Assembly (NCBI GenBank): GCA_036502405.1
Contig: DASXYP010000022.1
Span: 572 to 64,571, forward strand
Length of the DNA stretch: 64,000 nucleotides
Direction of reading: 5' to 3'
Source: Acidimicrobiia bacterium
GTDB taxonomy: Bacteria > Actinomycetota > Acidimicrobiia > IMCC26256 > JAENVU01
Position 1 is the first letter of the stretch. Each line of letters opens with the position of its first letter. Shown here piece by piece: positions 17,660 to 26,000 of the stretch. The position numbers were made by a program, and so were the translations under genes. A model generated the notes under the pieces. The model did not search any database. It saw only the letters and a program-made list of their open reading frames with translations, and was not told the origin of the DNA.

Positions 17660-17795
17660 TGCTCGGATGCCCCGGCTCGGTGGTGACCGCGCGCGCACCC
17701 CACGAAGGCTGGGAAGCCCGGGGCGCGGAAAGAGGATCGATCCATGAGTGAAGCCGTGACCCGCCATCACCGGTCGACGACGCGTCGCGGGGTCC

Positions 17796-17825
17796 GAGCG
17801 GCCCGGCCCGCAGGGCCAGGAGCGG
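17796..17825 (+). promoter_or_regulatory. conserved 30-nt leader block GAGCGGCCCGGCCCGCAGGGCCAGGAGCGG ending 7 nt before the ugd ATG
   Basis: 29/30 identical to 40666-40695. Contains the hairpin GGCCC-gca-GGGCC abutting the AGGAG Shine-Dalgarno sequence. Confidence 0.6.
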
Positions 17826-17832
17826 ATGAGGC

Positions 17833-19128
17833 ATGAGTGATGTTGCGGTCATCGGTGCCGGCTACGTCGGCCTGACCACGGCGACCTGCCTGGCCCACCT
17901 CGGCCACCGGGTGACGTGCGCGGACATCGACCGGGAACGGGTGGCGGCGCTCTCGAAGGGCGAGATCCCGATCCTCGAGGAAGGGCTCCAGGCGCTCGTG
18001 GACGAGGGCCTCTCGTCGCGCCGGCTGACGTTCGTCGTCGGGGCTGCGCGGGCCGCGGGCATCGCGGAGTTCGTCTTCCTCTGCGTGCCGACGCCGCAAG
18101 CCGAGGACGGATCGGCCGACCTCTCGTTCGTCGAGGACGTGGCCCGCGAGATCGCGCCCGTGCTGCGCCCCGGGACGGTGGTGATCAACAAGTCGACGAT
18201 GCCGGTCGGCTCGACCCGCCTGGTCCAGCGCATCCTCGCCGAGGGTGGAGCCGCGATCGAGGAGGTCGGGGTCGCGTCGAACCCCGAGTTCCTGCGCGAA
18301 GGCACGTCGGTGCGCGACTTCCTCGAGCCCCATCGAGTGGTCATCGGGTGTGACGATCCCGCCGTGGCCGTCCGCGTGAGCACGCTGTACCGGTCGCTCA
18401 ACGCCCCGATGCTGGTCACCGACCCGGCCTCGGCCGAGATGATCAAGTACGCATCGAACGCGTTCCTCGCGACGAAGATCTCCTTCATGAACGCGATCGC
18501 CAACCTCTGTGAGAGCGTCGACGCGGACGTCCGCGAGGTCGCGCTCGGGATGGGCTACGACCAGCGGATCGGCTTCGAGTTCCTGCACCCCGGCCCGGGC
18601 TACGGCGGATCGTGCTTCCCGAAGGACACCGCCGCACTCCTCTACGCGGCCCGGAGCAACGACTACGACTTCTCGCTGCTCGAAGGCGTGGTCGAGGTGA
18701 ACCGGCGCCAGCACGAGCGGATGGTCGAGAAGGTCCACGGGCTCGCCGGCGGTGAGCTCGACGGGGTCACGGTCGCGGTGTGGGGCCTGACGTTCAAGGC
18801 CAACACCGACGACCTGCGCGACTCGCCGGCCCTGGTGATCGCCCGCCGCCTGCTCGAGGAGGGCGCGACGGTGCGGGCCTACGACCCGGCAGCCGCCGAG
18901 CGCGCCGCGGCGTTGGTGCCGGGGCTCGAGGTCGTCGCGGATCCGTACCAGGCGTGCGACGGCGCCCGGGTGCTCGCGGTGCTGACCGAGTGGGACGAGT
19001 TCCGGTGGCTCGACTTCGAGCGCGTCCACGACGCGCTCGCGCAGCCGATCGTCCTCGACGCTCGCAACCTGCTCGACCCGGTGGCGCTCCGTCGCCGCGG
19101 CTTCACCTACGAAGGGGTCGGCAGGTAG
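17833..19128 (+). CDS. ugd: UDP-glucose 6-dehydrogenase
   Basis: Contains [22 protein letters not shown] and a C-terminal UDP-binding domain. 431 aa. Confidence 0.9.
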   Translation: MSDVAVIGAGYVGLTTATCLAHLGHRVTCADIDRERVAALSKGEIPILEEGLQALVDEGLSSRRLTFVVGAARAAGIAEFVFLCVPTPQAEDGSADLSFVEDVAREIAPVLRPGTVVINKSTMPVGSTRLVQRILAEGGAAIEEVGVASNPEFLREGTSVRDFLEPHRVVIGCDDPAVAVRVSTLYRSLNAPMLVTDPASAEMIKYASNAFLATKISFMNAIANLCESVDADVREVALGMGYDQRIGFEFLHPGPGYGGSCFPKDTAALLYAARSNDYDFSLLEGVVEVNRRQHERMVEKVHGLAGGELDGVTVAVWGLTFKANTDDLRDSPALVIARRLLEEGATVRAYDPAAAERAAALVPGLEVVADPYQACDGARVLAVLTEWDEFRWLDFERVHDALAQPIVLDARNLLDPVALRRRGFTYEGVGR

Positions 19129-20105
19129 TGGAGCCCACGCCCCGCCGGCGCGCCACCGACAACCCCCGGCCCCGAGCCGTCGTCACCGGAGCGGCCGGGT
19201 TCCTCGCGTCGCACCTCGCCGAGCGGCTGATCGGCGACGGATGGGACGTGGTCGGTCTCGACAACATGCTCACCGGTCGGGTCGAGAACATGGCCAACCT
19301 CCTGTCGCGCCCGGAGTTCACCTTCGAGCGCTACGACGTCACGAACTTCATCCACGTCACCGGTGCGGTCGACGCGGTGCTGCACTTCGCGAGTCCCGCG
19401 AGCCCGCAGGACTACCTCGAGCACCCGATCAAGACGATGAAGGTCGGCGCGCTCGGCACCCACAACACCCTCGGGCTCGCGCTCGCGAAGCAGGCCCGCT
19501 ACGTCCTCGCGTCGACGAGCGAGGTCTACGGGGACCCGCTCGTGCACCCGCAGCCCGAGAGCTACTGGGGCAACGTCAACCCGGTGGGGCCCCGGGGGGT
19601 GTACGACGAGGCGAAGCGCTTCGCCGAGGCGATGACCCTGGCGTACCACCGCGCCCACGGCCTCGACGTGCGCATCGTGCGGATCTTCAACACCTACGGC
19701 CCGCGGCTGCGCCCGGCGGACGGCCGGGTGGTGTCGAACTTCCTGGTCCAGGCCATGGAGGGCAAGCCGCTCACCGTCTACGGCGACGGTGGCCAGACCC
19801 GGTCGTTCTGCTACGTCGACGACCTGATCGGCGGCATCCTCGGCCTGCTGCGGTCGGACCACGTCGGCCCGATCAACATCGGCAACCCCAACGAGTTCAC
19901 GATCCTCGAGCTCGCGCAGGCGGTGCTCGACGTGACCGGATCGTCGTCGGAGATCGCCTACGAGCCCCTGCCCACCGACGACCCGAGCCAGCGCCAGCCC
20001 GACATCACGCTGGCCCGCGACGTGCTGGGCTGGGAGCCCGAGGTCGAGCTGCAGGAGGGCCTGACCCGCACCTTCGAGTGGTACCGCAAGGAGCGGGCGA
20101 CGTGA
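19128..20105 (+). CDS. uxs: UDP-glucuronate decarboxylase (UDP-xylose synthase)-like SDR
   Basis: Contains [38 protein letters not shown] and RIFNTYGP. The GTG at 19128 overlaps the ugd stop codon by 1 nt. Confidence 0.85.
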   Translation: MEPTPRRRATDNPRPRAVVTGAAGFLASHLAERLIGDGWDVVGLDNMLTGRVENMANLLSRPEFTFERYDVTNFIHVTGAVDAVLHFASPASPQDYLEHPIKTMKVGALGTHNTLGLALAKQARYVLASTSEVYGDPLVHPQPESYWGNVNPVGPRGVYDEAKRFAEAMTLAYHRAHGLDVRIVRIFNTYGPRLRPADGRVVSNFLVQAMEGKPLTVYGDGGQTRSFCYVDDLIGGILGLLRSDHVGPINIGNPNEFTILELAQAVLDVTGSSSEIAYEPLPTDDPSQRQPDITLARDVLGWEPEVELQEGLTRTFEWYRKERAT

Positions 20106-20896
20106 CGCGCGGCGAGATCCCGGAGCCACCCGAGAGTGACCGGGGTGCACCGCTCCCGGACGCCGCGGCGCTCCCGGTGCCGGACATCGCTCCGTCCGCG
20201 GTGAAGGCCTACCGCAAGCTCTCCGTGATCGTGCCGGTCTTCAACGAGCGCAACACGGTCGTCGAGATCCTCCGGCGCATGCGCGCGGTGGACCTGCCCG
20301 TCGACCGCGAGTTCATCGTCGTGGACGACGGCAGCGACGACGGCACGCGCATGGTGCTCGCGCAGCTGCGCGACAGCACGACGAAGGTCGTGTCGCACTC
20401 GCGGAACCAGGGCAAGGGCGCGGCGATCCGGACCGGCCTCCAGCACGTCACCGGCGATCTCGTGCTCATCCAGGACGCTGACCTCGAGTACGACCCCGAC
20501 GACTGGATCAAGCTGCTGACGCCGATCTTGAAGGGCCGCGCCCGGGTCGTGTACGGATCGCGGTTCACGGGTGAGCGCCGCAACATGCTGTTCCTGCACT
20601 GGTGCGGGAACCGGGTGCTCTCGCTCGTCACGAACCTGCTCTACAACACGACGCTCTCCGACATGGAGACCTGCTACAAGCTGTTCGACCGCGACGTGAT
20701 CCGGGATGTCACCGTCCGGTCCGACCGGTTCGACTTCGAGCCCGAGATCACCGCGAAGATGCTGCGCAAGGGGATCCGCATCTACGAGGTGCCGATCACG
20801 TACCTCGGCCGTGAGTTCGACGAGGGCAAGAAGATCACCTGGCGTGACGGCTTCGCGGCGCTCTACGCGCTCGTGAAGTTCCGCTTCGTCGATTGA
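20102..20896 (+). CDS. family 2 glycosyltransferase, DPM1/GtrB/ArnC-like (putative polyprenyl-phosphate sugar synthase), soluble
   Basis: Contains [22 protein letters not shown] and QDADLEYDP motifs. No C-terminal TM helices are visible. The GTG at 20102 overlaps the uxs TGA (GTGA). Confidence 0.7.
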   Translation: MTRGEIPEPPESDRGAPLPDAAALPVPDIAPSAVKAYRKLSVIVPVFNERNTVVEILRRMRAVDLPVDREFIVVDDGSDDGTRMVLAQLRDSTTKVVSHSRNQGKGAAIRTGLQHVTGDLVLIQDADLEYDPDDWIKLLTPILKGRARVVYGSRFTGERRNMLFLHWCGNRVLSLVTNLLYNTTLSDMETCYKLFDRDVIRDVTVRSDRFDFEPEITAKMLRKGIRIYEVPITYLGREFDEGKKITWRDGFAALYALVKFRFVD

Positions 20897-20918
20897 TGCC
20901 GGTCGGGGGCTGATCCCG

Positions 20919-21794
20919 GTGCCGTCGGATCCGCGCTGGGCCGCGGTCGTGGTCAACTACGAGGCCGGTCCCGCGCTGGCCGGGTGCGTCGCGTCCCTGC
21001 TGGCGGACGATTCGGCCGGGCGCCCCGAGGTCGTCGTGGTCGACAACGGCTCGCGCGACGGTTCGGCGGAGGTGCTCCGGTCGCGGTTCCCCGACGTTCC
21101 CGTCGTGCACCCGGACGCGAACCTGGGCTACGGCCGGGCGGCCAACGTGGGGATCGCGGCCACCCGCGCACCCGTCGTCGCGGTGCTCAACCCCGACGCG
21201 GTCGTGGCGGCGGGCACCGCCGCGGCGGTCCTCGCCCGGTTCGACGCGGACGCCCGGGTCGCCGCGGTCGGCCCGCGGCTGCTGAACCCCGACGGCACCC
21301 AGTACCCGTCCGCGCGCTCGGCGCCGTCGCTCGGCGACGCGATCGGACACGCGCTGCTCGGCACCGTCGCGCCCACCAACCGCTTCACCGAGTCCTACCG
21401 CCAGCTCGATGCCGATCCTGACGCGGCGCGCGACGTCGCGTGGGTGTCGGGCGCGGCGTTGTGGCTCCGGCGCGGTGCACTCGACCGCGTCGGCGGCTGG
21501 GACGAGAGGTTCTTCCTGTTCTTCGAGGACGTTGACCTGTGCCGGCGCCTCGGTGCCGACGGCTGGACGATCACCTACGAGCCGCACGGCCGGGTGACGC
21601 ACACCGTCGGGGGCAGCCGCGCCCGCCGCCCGCTGCGCTCGATCGTCGAGCACCACCGGGCCGCGTACCAGTACGCGGACAAGTGGTGGCACGGTCCGCG
21701 GCGCCTGCTCCTGCCCGTCGCGGCCGGGTTCCTGGCCGCCCGCGCCACGGTGGTCGCGGGCGGTGCCGCGGTCCGGGCGCGCTCCGGAGCGTGA
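20919..21794 (+). CDS. family 2 glycosyltransferase, WbbL-like
   Basis: Contains AAVVVNYE, VVDNGSRDGS and the FFLFFEDVDLC.R motif typical of WbbL-type rhamnosyltransferase-like GT2 enzymes. Confidence 0.7.
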   Translation: MPSDPRWAAVVVNYEAGPALAGCVASLLADDSAGRPEVVVVDNGSRDGSAEVLRSRFPDVPVVHPDANLGYGRAANVGIAATRAPVVAVLNPDAVVAAGTAAAVLARFDADARVAAVGPRLLNPDGTQYPSARSAPSLGDAIGHALLGTVAPTNRFTESYRQLDADPDAARDVAWVSGAALWLRRGALDRVGGWDERFFLFFEDVDLCRRLGADGWTITYEPHGRVTHTVGGSRARRPLRSIVEHHRAAYQYADKWWHGPRRLLLPVAAGFLAARATVVAGGAAVRARSGA

Positions 21795-21822
21795 GGGGCC
21801 AGCGAGTAACCTGACCGGCGTC

Positions 21823-22602
21823 ATGGCCAAGTCGAGCAAGTACAACCGCGCCCGGATCCGGTCCCGGGTCCGTCGTCCGAAGCGCCGCAGCGGCTCGATG
21901 ATGTGGACCGTGACCACCGTCGTGGTGGTCGTTCTCGGCGTCCTGCTCGTCACGCTGACCTACGCCGACCGGCAGAACAACGCGGACGCGGCGCCCACGA
22001 TCGGGGACCACTGGCACGCCTTCCTGGGCGTCGACGTGTGCGGGACCTGGCTGCCGAACGCACCGTCCTTCGAGGATCGGGCCGACCAGGCGGGCATCCG
22101 CGCCGGGCTGCACTCCCACGGCGACGGGCTGATGCACATCCACCCGTTCGCGAGCGACGAGGCGGGCGCCAAGGCCACCGTCGGGCGGTTCCTCGGCTAC
22201 GGCGGCTGGAGCGCCGGCGAGTCGTCCTTCAAGGTCTGGGACGACAAGGAGCACAAGACCGGCAACTCGTGTGGCTCCGGCTCCGACGCCAAGAAGGCCG
22301 AGGTCCAGTGGACCGTCGGGAAGTTCGGCAAGCCGTGGAGCGGCACGCCCCGGTCGGGGAGCATCTCGGACTACCACCCGGTGAACGGTGACATCGTGGC
22401 GCTGTACCTGCTGCCGAAGGGCGAGAAGCTGCCGAAGCCGCCGAAGGCGGACGCGGCGCTCACGAGCATCAGCGACCTCAACGGGCAGTCGGTGACCGCC
22501 ACGACGGCCCCCGCAGGTGGCAGCACGACCACCTCGCCACCGATCGGCAGCTCGACGACGGTCCCGGCCGGCAACGGCAGCACGGCCACCACCACGCCGT
22601 GA
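21823..22602 (+). CDS. single-pass membrane protein with His-rich ectodomain motif and Ser/Thr/Pro-rich tail
   Basis: Basic N-terminus, TM helix (WTVTTVVVVVLGVLLVTL), DHWHAFLGVDVCG and GLHSHGDGLMHIHPF motifs, and a T/S-rich C-terminus. The ATG at 21823 was chosen. Confidence 0.5.
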   Translation: MAKSSKYNRARIRSRVRRPKRRSGSMMWTVTTVVVVVLGVLLVTLTYADRQNNADAAPTIGDHWHAFLGVDVCGTWLPNAPSFEDRADQAGIRAGLHSHGDGLMHIHPFASDEAGAKATVGRFLGYGGWSAGESSFKVWDDKEHKTGNSCGSGSDAKKAEVQWTVGKFGKPWSGTPRSGSISDYHPVNGDIVALYLLPKGEKLPKPPKADAALTSISDLNGQSVTATTAPAGGSTTTSPPIGSSTTVPAGNGSTATTTP

Positions 22603-23600
22603 AGGCGGTCGTCCTCGTCGGGGGGCAGGGCACCCGCCTCCGCCCCCTGACCCTCACGACCCCGAAGCCGCTGCTCCCGATCGTCAACGTCCCGTTCCTC
22701 GAGCGGCAGCTGACCTGGCTCGGTGCCCACGGCGTCGACGAGGTCGTGCTGTCGCTCGGCTACCTGCCCGAAGCCTTCAAGGACCACTTCGCGGACGATC
22801 GCTTCGGCGACATCAAGCTCCGCTTCGTCGTCGAGCACGAGCCGCTCGGAACCGCCGGCGGCATCCGGTTCGCGGCCGACGGCATCGACGAGCGGATGCT
22901 CGTGTGCAACGGCGACGTGCTCACCGACCTGGACCTCGACGCGCTGGTGGCCTTCCACGCGGCGCGCGGAGCGGCCGCGACGATCGCGCTGACCCAGGTC
23001 GCCGACCCCTCCGCCTTCGGTGTGGTGCCGACGCGCGCCGACGGCGAGGTCGTGGCGTTCGTCGAGAAGCCGCCGCCGGGGCAGGCGCCGACCAACTGGA
23101 TCAACGCGGGGACCTACGTGCTCGAGCCCGACCTCGTGGACTCGATCCCACCCCGGCTGACGGTGTCGATCGAGCGCGAGACCTTCCCGCGCATGCTGGA
23201 GACACCGGGCCGGCTCTACGCGATGCAGTCGCCCGCGTACTGGCTCGACATCGGGACGCCGCAGAAGTACCTCGAGGCCCAGCGTGACGTCGCGAGCGGC
23301 CGTCTCGGTCTCCCGGTCCCGCACGCGACCGAGGTCGGCGACGCCGTCTGGACCGAGGCCGGCGCGCGGATCGACCCGACCGCCGTCGTCGTCGGGCCGT
23401 CGGTCGTCGGGGTCGACGCCCGGGTCGGGGCCGACGCGAGGGTCGAAGCGTCGGTGCTGGGACCCCGGACGAGCGTCGGCGCGGGCGGCAGCATGCTGCG
23501 CTCGGTGCTGCTCGAGGGGGCGGTGGTGGCGCCCGGGTCCCGGATCGTCGACGAGGTGGTCGGGCCCGATGTCGGGCTGAGGTGCGGGGAGGCAACGTGA
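22599..23600 (+). CDS. NDP-sugar pyrophosphorylase (mannose-1-phosphate guanylyltransferase-like) with C-terminal LbH domain
   Basis: Contains MKAVVLVGGQGTRLRPLT..PKPLLP and a hexapeptide-repeat tail. The start overlaps the upstream stop (GTGA). Confidence 0.8.
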   Translation: MKAVVLVGGQGTRLRPLTLTTPKPLLPIVNVPFLERQLTWLGAHGVDEVVLSLGYLPEAFKDHFADDRFGDIKLRFVVEHEPLGTAGGIRFAADGIDERMLVCNGDVLTDLDLDALVAFHAARGAAATIALTQVADPSAFGVVPTRADGEVVAFVEKPPPGQAPTNWINAGTYVLEPDLVDSIPPRLTVSIERETFPRMLETPGRLYAMQSPAYWLDIGTPQKYLEAQRDVASGRLGLPVPHATEVGDAVWTEAGARIDPTAVVVGPSVVGVDARVGADARVEASVLGPRTSVGAGGSMLRSVLLEGAVVAPGSRIVDEVVGPDVGLRCGEAT

Positions 23601-24550
23601 AGGCGCTCGTGACCGGCGGGGCCGGGTTCATCGGCTCGACGCTCGCGGACCGGCTGCTGGCCGAGGCCTGGGACGTCGACGTGGTCGACGACCTCTCGAC
23701 GGGCTCGCTCGCGAACCTGGCCGACGCGCGGTCGCTCGCGACCCGGAAATTCTCGTTCCACCGCCTGGACGTGCGCTCGCCGGCGATCACCGACCTGATC
23801 GCGCACCGCAAGCCCGACGTGGTGTTCCACCTCGCGGCCCAGGCCGACGTGCGCGTGTCGGTCGCCCGACCGGTCTTCGACGCCGAGGTCAACATCCTCG
23901 GCACGCTGAACGTGTGCCAGGGCGCGCTCGCGGCCGGCACCCAGAAGGTCGTGTTCGCGGCGTCGGGCGGCACGCTCTACGGGACTCCCGAGCACCTCCC
24001 GGTGAAGGAAGGGCACCCGCAGCGCCCGGAGTCGCCGTACGGCGTGGCCAAGAAGGCGTCGTGCGACTACCTGCACTACTACCGGGCGATCCACGGGCTC
24101 GAGTACTCGGCGCTCGCGTTCGCCAACGTCTACGGACCGCGCCAGGACCCGCACGGCGAGGCGGGAGTCGTCTCGATCTTCGCCGGGATGATGCTGGACC
24201 GGAGCCGTCCGACGATCTTCGGCGACGGCCAACAGACCCGTGACTTCGTCTTCGTCGACGACGTGGTCGACGCGCTCGTGCGAGCGGCGGAGAAGGGGAG
24301 CGGGCTCATCATCAACATCGGCACCGGGACCGAGACGAGCGTCCAGGAGCTCTACGACTCGATCGCCCGTGCGGTCGGGTACACCGAGGAGGCCAACCAC
24401 GCGCCCGCGCGTCCGGGCGAGCTCGAACGCTCGGCGCTGGACCCGGGCCGGGCCGAGATCCACCTCGGGTGGAAGCCGTGGACGGACCTCGACACCGGCG
24501 TGGAGCGCACGCTCGACTGGTTCCGGGAGCAGCGCGCCGCCTCACGCTGA
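23597..24550 (+). CDS. NAD-dependent epimerase/dehydratase (UDP-glucose 4-epimerase-like)
   Basis: Contains VTGGAGFIGS, SPYGVAKK (YxxxK) and FANVYGPRQ. The start overlaps the upstream stop (GTGA). Confidence 0.8.
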   Translation: MKALVTGGAGFIGSTLADRLLAEAWDVDVVDDLSTGSLANLADARSLATRKFSFHRLDVRSPAITDLIAHRKPDVVFHLAAQADVRVSVARPVFDAEVNILGTLNVCQGALAAGTQKVVFAASGGTLYGTPEHLPVKEGHPQRPESPYGVAKKASCDYLHYYRAIHGLEYSALAFANVYGPRQDPHGEAGVVSIFAGMMLDRSRPTIFGDGQQTRDFVFVDDVVDALVRAAEKGSGLIINIGTGTETSVQELYDSIARAVGYTEEANHAPARPGELERSALDPGRAEIHLGWKPWTDLDTGVERTLDWFREQRAASR

Positions 24551-24567
24551 CCCAGCCGGCTCTCCAG

Positions 24568-24666
24568 GATCCCTGCCGGACGCCGACGACGACGGACGGC
24601 AGCGCCGCCATTCCCAGATCCCTGCCGGCCGATCACCGGACGCCGACCGAACGGCCGCCATTCCAA
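24568..24666. repeat. tandem duplication (49-50 bp units) starting GATCCCTGCCGG
   Basis: Units at 24568-24616 and 24617-24666 share GATCCCTGCCGG, CCGGACGCCGAC and GCCGCCATTCC blocks. They lie between convergent genes. Confidence 0.75.
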
Positions 24667-24669
24667 GCG

Positions 24670-25290
24670 TTACCGGTAGGTGCGCAGCTCGTCGAGCGGG
24701 ACCGGGGGCCGGGGCCGACCGACGTACCCGGGATCGGGGTGGCCGACGAGCACGAGCGCGTGCGGGAGCCACACGTCGGGGAGCCCGAGCGCGTCGCGCG
24801 CGGCTTCGGGGCAGAAGATCGGCGCCGCCACCCAACATGAGGCGAGGCCCGCGTCGGCGGCCGCCACCATCAGGTTCTCGACCGCAGCGCCGAGCGAGAG
24901 CAGGGCCATGCCCCACTCGGCCCGTTGCCGGGCCGGATCGGGGTAGCGGTCGAGGCCGTGCCACGTCAGGCAGCCGAGCACCAGCGCGGGCGCGCGCTCG
25001 AGCTTCTCGTGCGAGGCCGCGACGAGCTCGTCGACCCGCGCCGGCTCCATCCCGTCGGCCCGGAGGTCGGCGCGCCACCGCTCGCCCATGCCGGTCGCGA
25101 GATCCCGCTTCGCCGCATCCGAGTCCACGATGACGAACCGCCACGGTCGTGAGTGGTGCGGTGCCGGAGCGATGCACGCGGCCTCGACGAGCCCGTCGAG
25201 CACGTCGCGTGCAACCGGCTCGTCGGTGAACGCGCGGATCGAGCGGCGCGCCTCGAGGAAGGCGGGGACCGTCGCGGCGCGGCTGCTCAT
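24670..25290 (-). CDS. stand-alone nitroreductase-fold protein corresponding to the FbiB C-terminal domain
   Basis: Contains RRSIRAF...V and APAPHHSRPWRF. The ATG at 25290 overlaps the cofE stop (ATGA). Confidence 0.7.
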   Translation of the reverse strand: MSSRAATVPAFLEARRSIRAFTDEPVARDVLDGLVEAACIAPAPHHSRPWRFVIVDSDAAKRDLATGMGERWRADLRADGMEPARVDELVAASHEKLERAPALVLGCLTWHGLDRYPDPARQRAEWGMALLSLGAAVENLMVAAADAGLASCWVAAPIFCPEAARDALGLPDVWLPHALVLVGHPDPGYVGRPRPPVPLDELRTYR

Positions 25291-25997
25291 CGGAACAGGT
25301 CGTCCTTCGGCGCGCGGATGAGCTCCTGCACCGAGCTGTCGCGGAACCACTCCGGGTCCAGGCCGCGCACGATCGCGGCGGGGATCGCCGCGGCTTTGCC
25401 CATGACGAGCTCGGCCGCGCCCGCGACCTCGTCCGCCAGGGCGACCTCGGTGACGTGCAGCTCGCGGCCGAGCGCGTCCGTCTGACCGCGCAGGTCGACG
25501 ACCGCGCCCAGCCCCGACACCCCGATCGCGACGTCGGTCAGCCCGTGGCGCCAGGCCCGCCCGAACGTGTCCGAGACCACGACCGCGACGTCGACGCCCG
25601 CCGCGACCCTGATCGTCTGGCGGATGCGGTGGGCGGAGCGGTCGCTGTCGACGGGGAGGAGCGCGGCCGTGCCGGCGTCGACGTTCGAGAGGTCGATCCC
25701 GGCGTTCGCGCACACGAACCCATGGCGGGTCTCGCTGATGATCAGGTCCCCGCGGCGGCGCAGGACGCGTACGGACTCCTGCTCGACGAGCGCGCGGCGG
25801 GCGTCGACATCCTCGGGGTCGAGCGGGACCAGGCGCCCCTCGACCTTCGAGACGACCTTCTGGGTCACCACGAGGCAGTCCCCGCCGGCGAGCGGCGTGT
25901 CCTGGTCCGCGGCCGCGGCGGCGATCAGCTCACCGAGCGGGTCGCCGGGCCGGATCTCGGGGATCCCGCCGACCGGGATGACCGTGAGCGCACCCAC
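25287..25997 (-). CDS. cofE: coenzyme F420-0:L-glutamate ligase (CofE / FbiB N-terminal domain)
   Basis: Contains GIPEIRPGDPL, VVTQKVVSKVEGR and ANAGID.SN, which are CofE signatures. Confidence 0.85.
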   Translation of the reverse strand: MGALTVIPVGGIPEIRPGDPLGELIAAAAADQDTPLAGGDCLVVTQKVVSKVEGRLVPLDPEDVDARRALVEQESVRVLRRRGDLIISETRHGFVCANAGIDLSNVDAGTAALLPVDSDRSAHRIRQTIRVAAGVDVAVVVSDTFGRAWRHGLTDVAIGVSGLGAVVDLRGQTDALGRELHVTEVALADEVAGAAELVMGKAAAIPAAIVRGLDPEWFRDSSVQELIRAPKDDLFR

Positions 25998-26000
25998 CGC

